A stretch of 64,000 nt of DNA. It comes from Octopus sinensis. Its lineage: Eukaryota. Within the stretch, counting starts at the first letter, position 1. Each line of letters starts with the position of its first letter. The stretch covers positions 32,550,001 to 32,614,000 of the forward strand of contig NC_043000.1 in assembly GCF_006345805.1 (NCBI RefSeq), written 5' to 3'. The notes under the pieces were generated by a model. It was not told the DNA's origin. It saw nothing but the letters and a program-made list of their open reading frames with translations, and searched no databases. Of the stretch, positions 61,146 to 64,000 are shown one piece after another. Made by a program: the position numbers and the translations under genes.

Positions 61146-62982
61146 TATTATGAGAATATTGTTAATTATACAGTGTTTTTGGTCCTTTGATAAAACTACA
61201 CATGGGACCTGTTTTACAGCCACATGGACTGGTAGTTAATGATTTAACCCTTTCATTACCATATTTCTGTTTCAGTTGATTTTGAAAATAGTAACGAGTT
61301 TAGTAAAATAGCTTTGCCATCATTAAGCTTGGTGTTTGGAACATAAATTAACGAGGAATTTTGATTGAAGGTTTTAATTTAGATCACTTTCAAACTGGGG
61401 GTTGGTATCATGGAACCAGGAGTGGTGGTCAGAGGTGGGTTGGTACCAAAAAGATTAGTTCTTTTACTGCATGAGATAGTGCCAGACAAACTGCCCTACC
61501 TGCATTCTTATAATGCAATTGAGAGGCAACTAAAGGAAGAACAGCAACTGGTTGCAACGGAGGGCCATGGAAAAATCCGTGCTAGGAATATCACTTCAGG
61601 GGCATGGCTGAAATGGAGTGAATGATGTGGTCATGGACTACTGAAAGCAAAAGTTCTGTTGGGCCAGATATAAGGCTCACAGAAAACAGATTGGACCCAT
61701 GTAGCTATCATGTGGTATCCAGCAGATTGGAAGAGACAACTCCAAGACAATGTGAAGGTGACAGTAAAATAATTTAGATCAAAATAGAAGAGAAGATTAC
61801 TATCAAGGGAAGAATGGAAGTGCACTGTGAGCAGCAATGTATAACAGCTCCTGATAGTCTGGTTAAAAGATGTCAAAAACAAAAAAAAAAGGTGAGGAGA
61901 TAAAAATCCTTTACAGCTCAGGAAACTATCATCGTGATCATTATTGTTCTCCATGCTGGCAATGGTTTGACCAAAACTTTTTGTGGCAGTATTTTATGGT
62001 CACACACTCTGCTGGACACCAATCCATTTTGGTCAACCCTATGACATACAGTGTACCAATTCAAAAACTGAGACATGTTGGATCATCATTGTTTTCATGT
62101 CAACTTCTTCATGTTAGCATGGGTATGACGAGAGTATGTTGTGAGAATTTCTCTACAGATGGATGCTCTTCCAGATGCCAACCCCTACCCATATTTCCAA
62201 GTGAGGCAATAATCTCTCAGTCTATCAAACTAGAAACATATTTTCCAGGTGGACTGTAAGCAAGCAACACCATCCAAAACTATAAGCAAACCATTGTAAA
62301 CAACCAGCAAAGATGAGGGAAATACAAATGCACACACACACAAATGCATGCACACGCGATGGGCTTCTTTCAGTTTCTTTCAACCAAATCCACCAAAAGG
62401 CTTTGGTTAGTCTGGGGTTATAGTATAGAAGGCTCTTATGCAAGGTGAAGGTCTACATTGGCGTCACTGGTTAATGGTAAATCTAAGAGAGGTCGATGGA
62501 TGCCAACGAGTTTGGTATTCCAGTTTCCATAGCAGCCAAACATATTTATACTGCAATTAGTGACCAATTTTGTGATTAGTTACAAGTTTCCAACAGACAG
62601 CCAATCACTGGATTCACTGTATCAGTGATGGTGAGTGTGACAAGGGAGTGTTTGTAACTAGATGCAAAACAAACAGCACAAAGGCTTCACAGGAAAATAG
62701 TGGGTTTTCTTCACCAATGTTTACATCCTTCACTGATCTGCATTGCTCAAACACACACAGACATATTTCTGCTCAGTTCCCACTCAGAAAATATTGGTCA
62801 ACTCAGAGCTGTGGCAGAGAACACTTTCCTGAAGTGCTATGCAATGGGACTGAATCCAGAGCCATGGTGATTACAAATGAAACTTATCAAAACAGCCACG
62901 CCTATAACTTAGGTTAACACTCAGCAATTTCTGAATCTCTCTTATAAACTAAGTCTCATCTGTAAGAACCAAAATTAACTTT

Positions 62983-64000
62983 CGAGGTGGAATCAAAAAG
63001 TTCCCAGACCAATGAAGTTTAATAAACAATGAATTTTTACATCATCTTTGAAATAGTCCCCTTGTGGTGCAATACACCAGTCCCAGTGTTCCTGCCACTT
63101 TTGGAATCCAGTGTGGAAACCATTTTCTGGAAGCGAGTCAAAGACCTTCTGTGATTTGCTCAGAATCTCAACAACAGTGTTAAAACGGTGGGAAAGAGAT
63201 GGAAATCTGCAGGTCCTAAATCTGGTGAGGTGCGGAAGCAATACCATGTTGTCTTTTGCAAGGAACTCACAAGTGAGGAGAGCTCAGTGATAGGATGTGT
63301 TGTCATTGTGAAGAATCTAATTCTTCACACTCCAAAGATCGTTTTCACTGAATGTCCTTCCCCCAAATGCTTCAAAATGCTGCTGTAGAACTCTTAATTG
63401 ACTATCTGGCCCTGGGGGATGAATTCTCAATATCATGGATATTGAAAATAAACGATAAGTATGCACTTGATTGAGCTGCGGTTCTGTCATGACTTCTTCG
63501 GTCGAGGAGGTGAAGGTCTCTTCCATTGCGGCAACTGCTGCTTCATCTCAGGGTTGTTCCCATAGACCCAACTATTGTCACTGGTGGTGATCCTCAACAT
63601 GAAGGATGGATCATCAGTGATACGTTGATGGAGATCTTGACAGACTTTGACACGGTGTTCTTTCTGCTCAGTGGTCAGCAGGTAGGGGACAAACTTGGCA
63701 GGCGTTAGGATTGCCTGCATGTACTCATATGATAGACCAACAACATCAGCAATGTGGTTGTTCGTCCTCTAATGATCCTCATGCAAAAGCTGATGAATTC
63801 CCCCCACATTTCCAGAGGTGATGCTCATGGCAGGTCTTCCAGATCGCTCATCGTCTTCCAGGGACGTTCTACTTTTGAAGTGTTCATGCCACTCAAAACA
63901 TTGCATCCGAACCATTGCCTCGTCCGTAAGCTTGCTGAAGCATGCTCAATGTCTCTGGAGAAGACTTCCTAAGTTTAATACAAAATTTTATGTTGGTTCT
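62983..64000 (-). mobile_element. Mariner relic running off the window (TIR family shared with 44923 copy)
   Basis: TIR cgaggtggaatcaaaaagttcccagac; AKFVPYLLTTEQKEHRV..ITTSDNSWVYGNNPE; FQKWQEHWDWCI. Confidence 0.88.

Noticed and set aside
80-64000. Most short ORFs in the track (poly-D, poly-H, HTHT, YIYI, and ORFs antisense to RT such as 2912-3418)
   Set aside because: Translations of microsatellites, SINE/LINE tails or the antisense of TE coding sequence
1-64000. Difference in CpG decay between repeats inside and outside the gene body
   Set aside because: CpG-rich and CpG-decayed copies occur in both zones, so it is confounded by insertion age

Overview
AT-rich, repeat-dense animal genomic DNA, very probably a cephalopod (Octopus-type LINE/SINE families; inferred from repeat content, not a database match). 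The one well-supported gene is a minus-strand acylamino-acid-releasing enzyme (APEH, S9C peptidase). I traced 13 phase-compatible coding exons (38146 down to 1713; 1399 nt, about 466 codons, N-terminal/beta-propeller half), including one GC-AG intron. The start exon was not identified and the catalytic exons lie left of the window. The rest is mobile DNA: a young RTE LINE with an internal PHD finger and many RTE 3' tails, several tRNA-derived SINE families, five mariner/Tc1 relics, two complete non-autonomous Helitrons, a hAT MITE, foldback elements and two minisatellites. The most notable observation is a tRNA-Arg-like-headed SINE (3 copies) carrying a minimal hammerhead-ribozyme-like motif; a second, unrelated repeat has the same variant core. 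Other observations are a perfect 28-bp intronic hairpin, an exon junction that regenerates its own 5' splice site, and two microhomology-linked 30-44 bp templated duplications. No CRISPR array, rRNA or true tRNA gene was seen.
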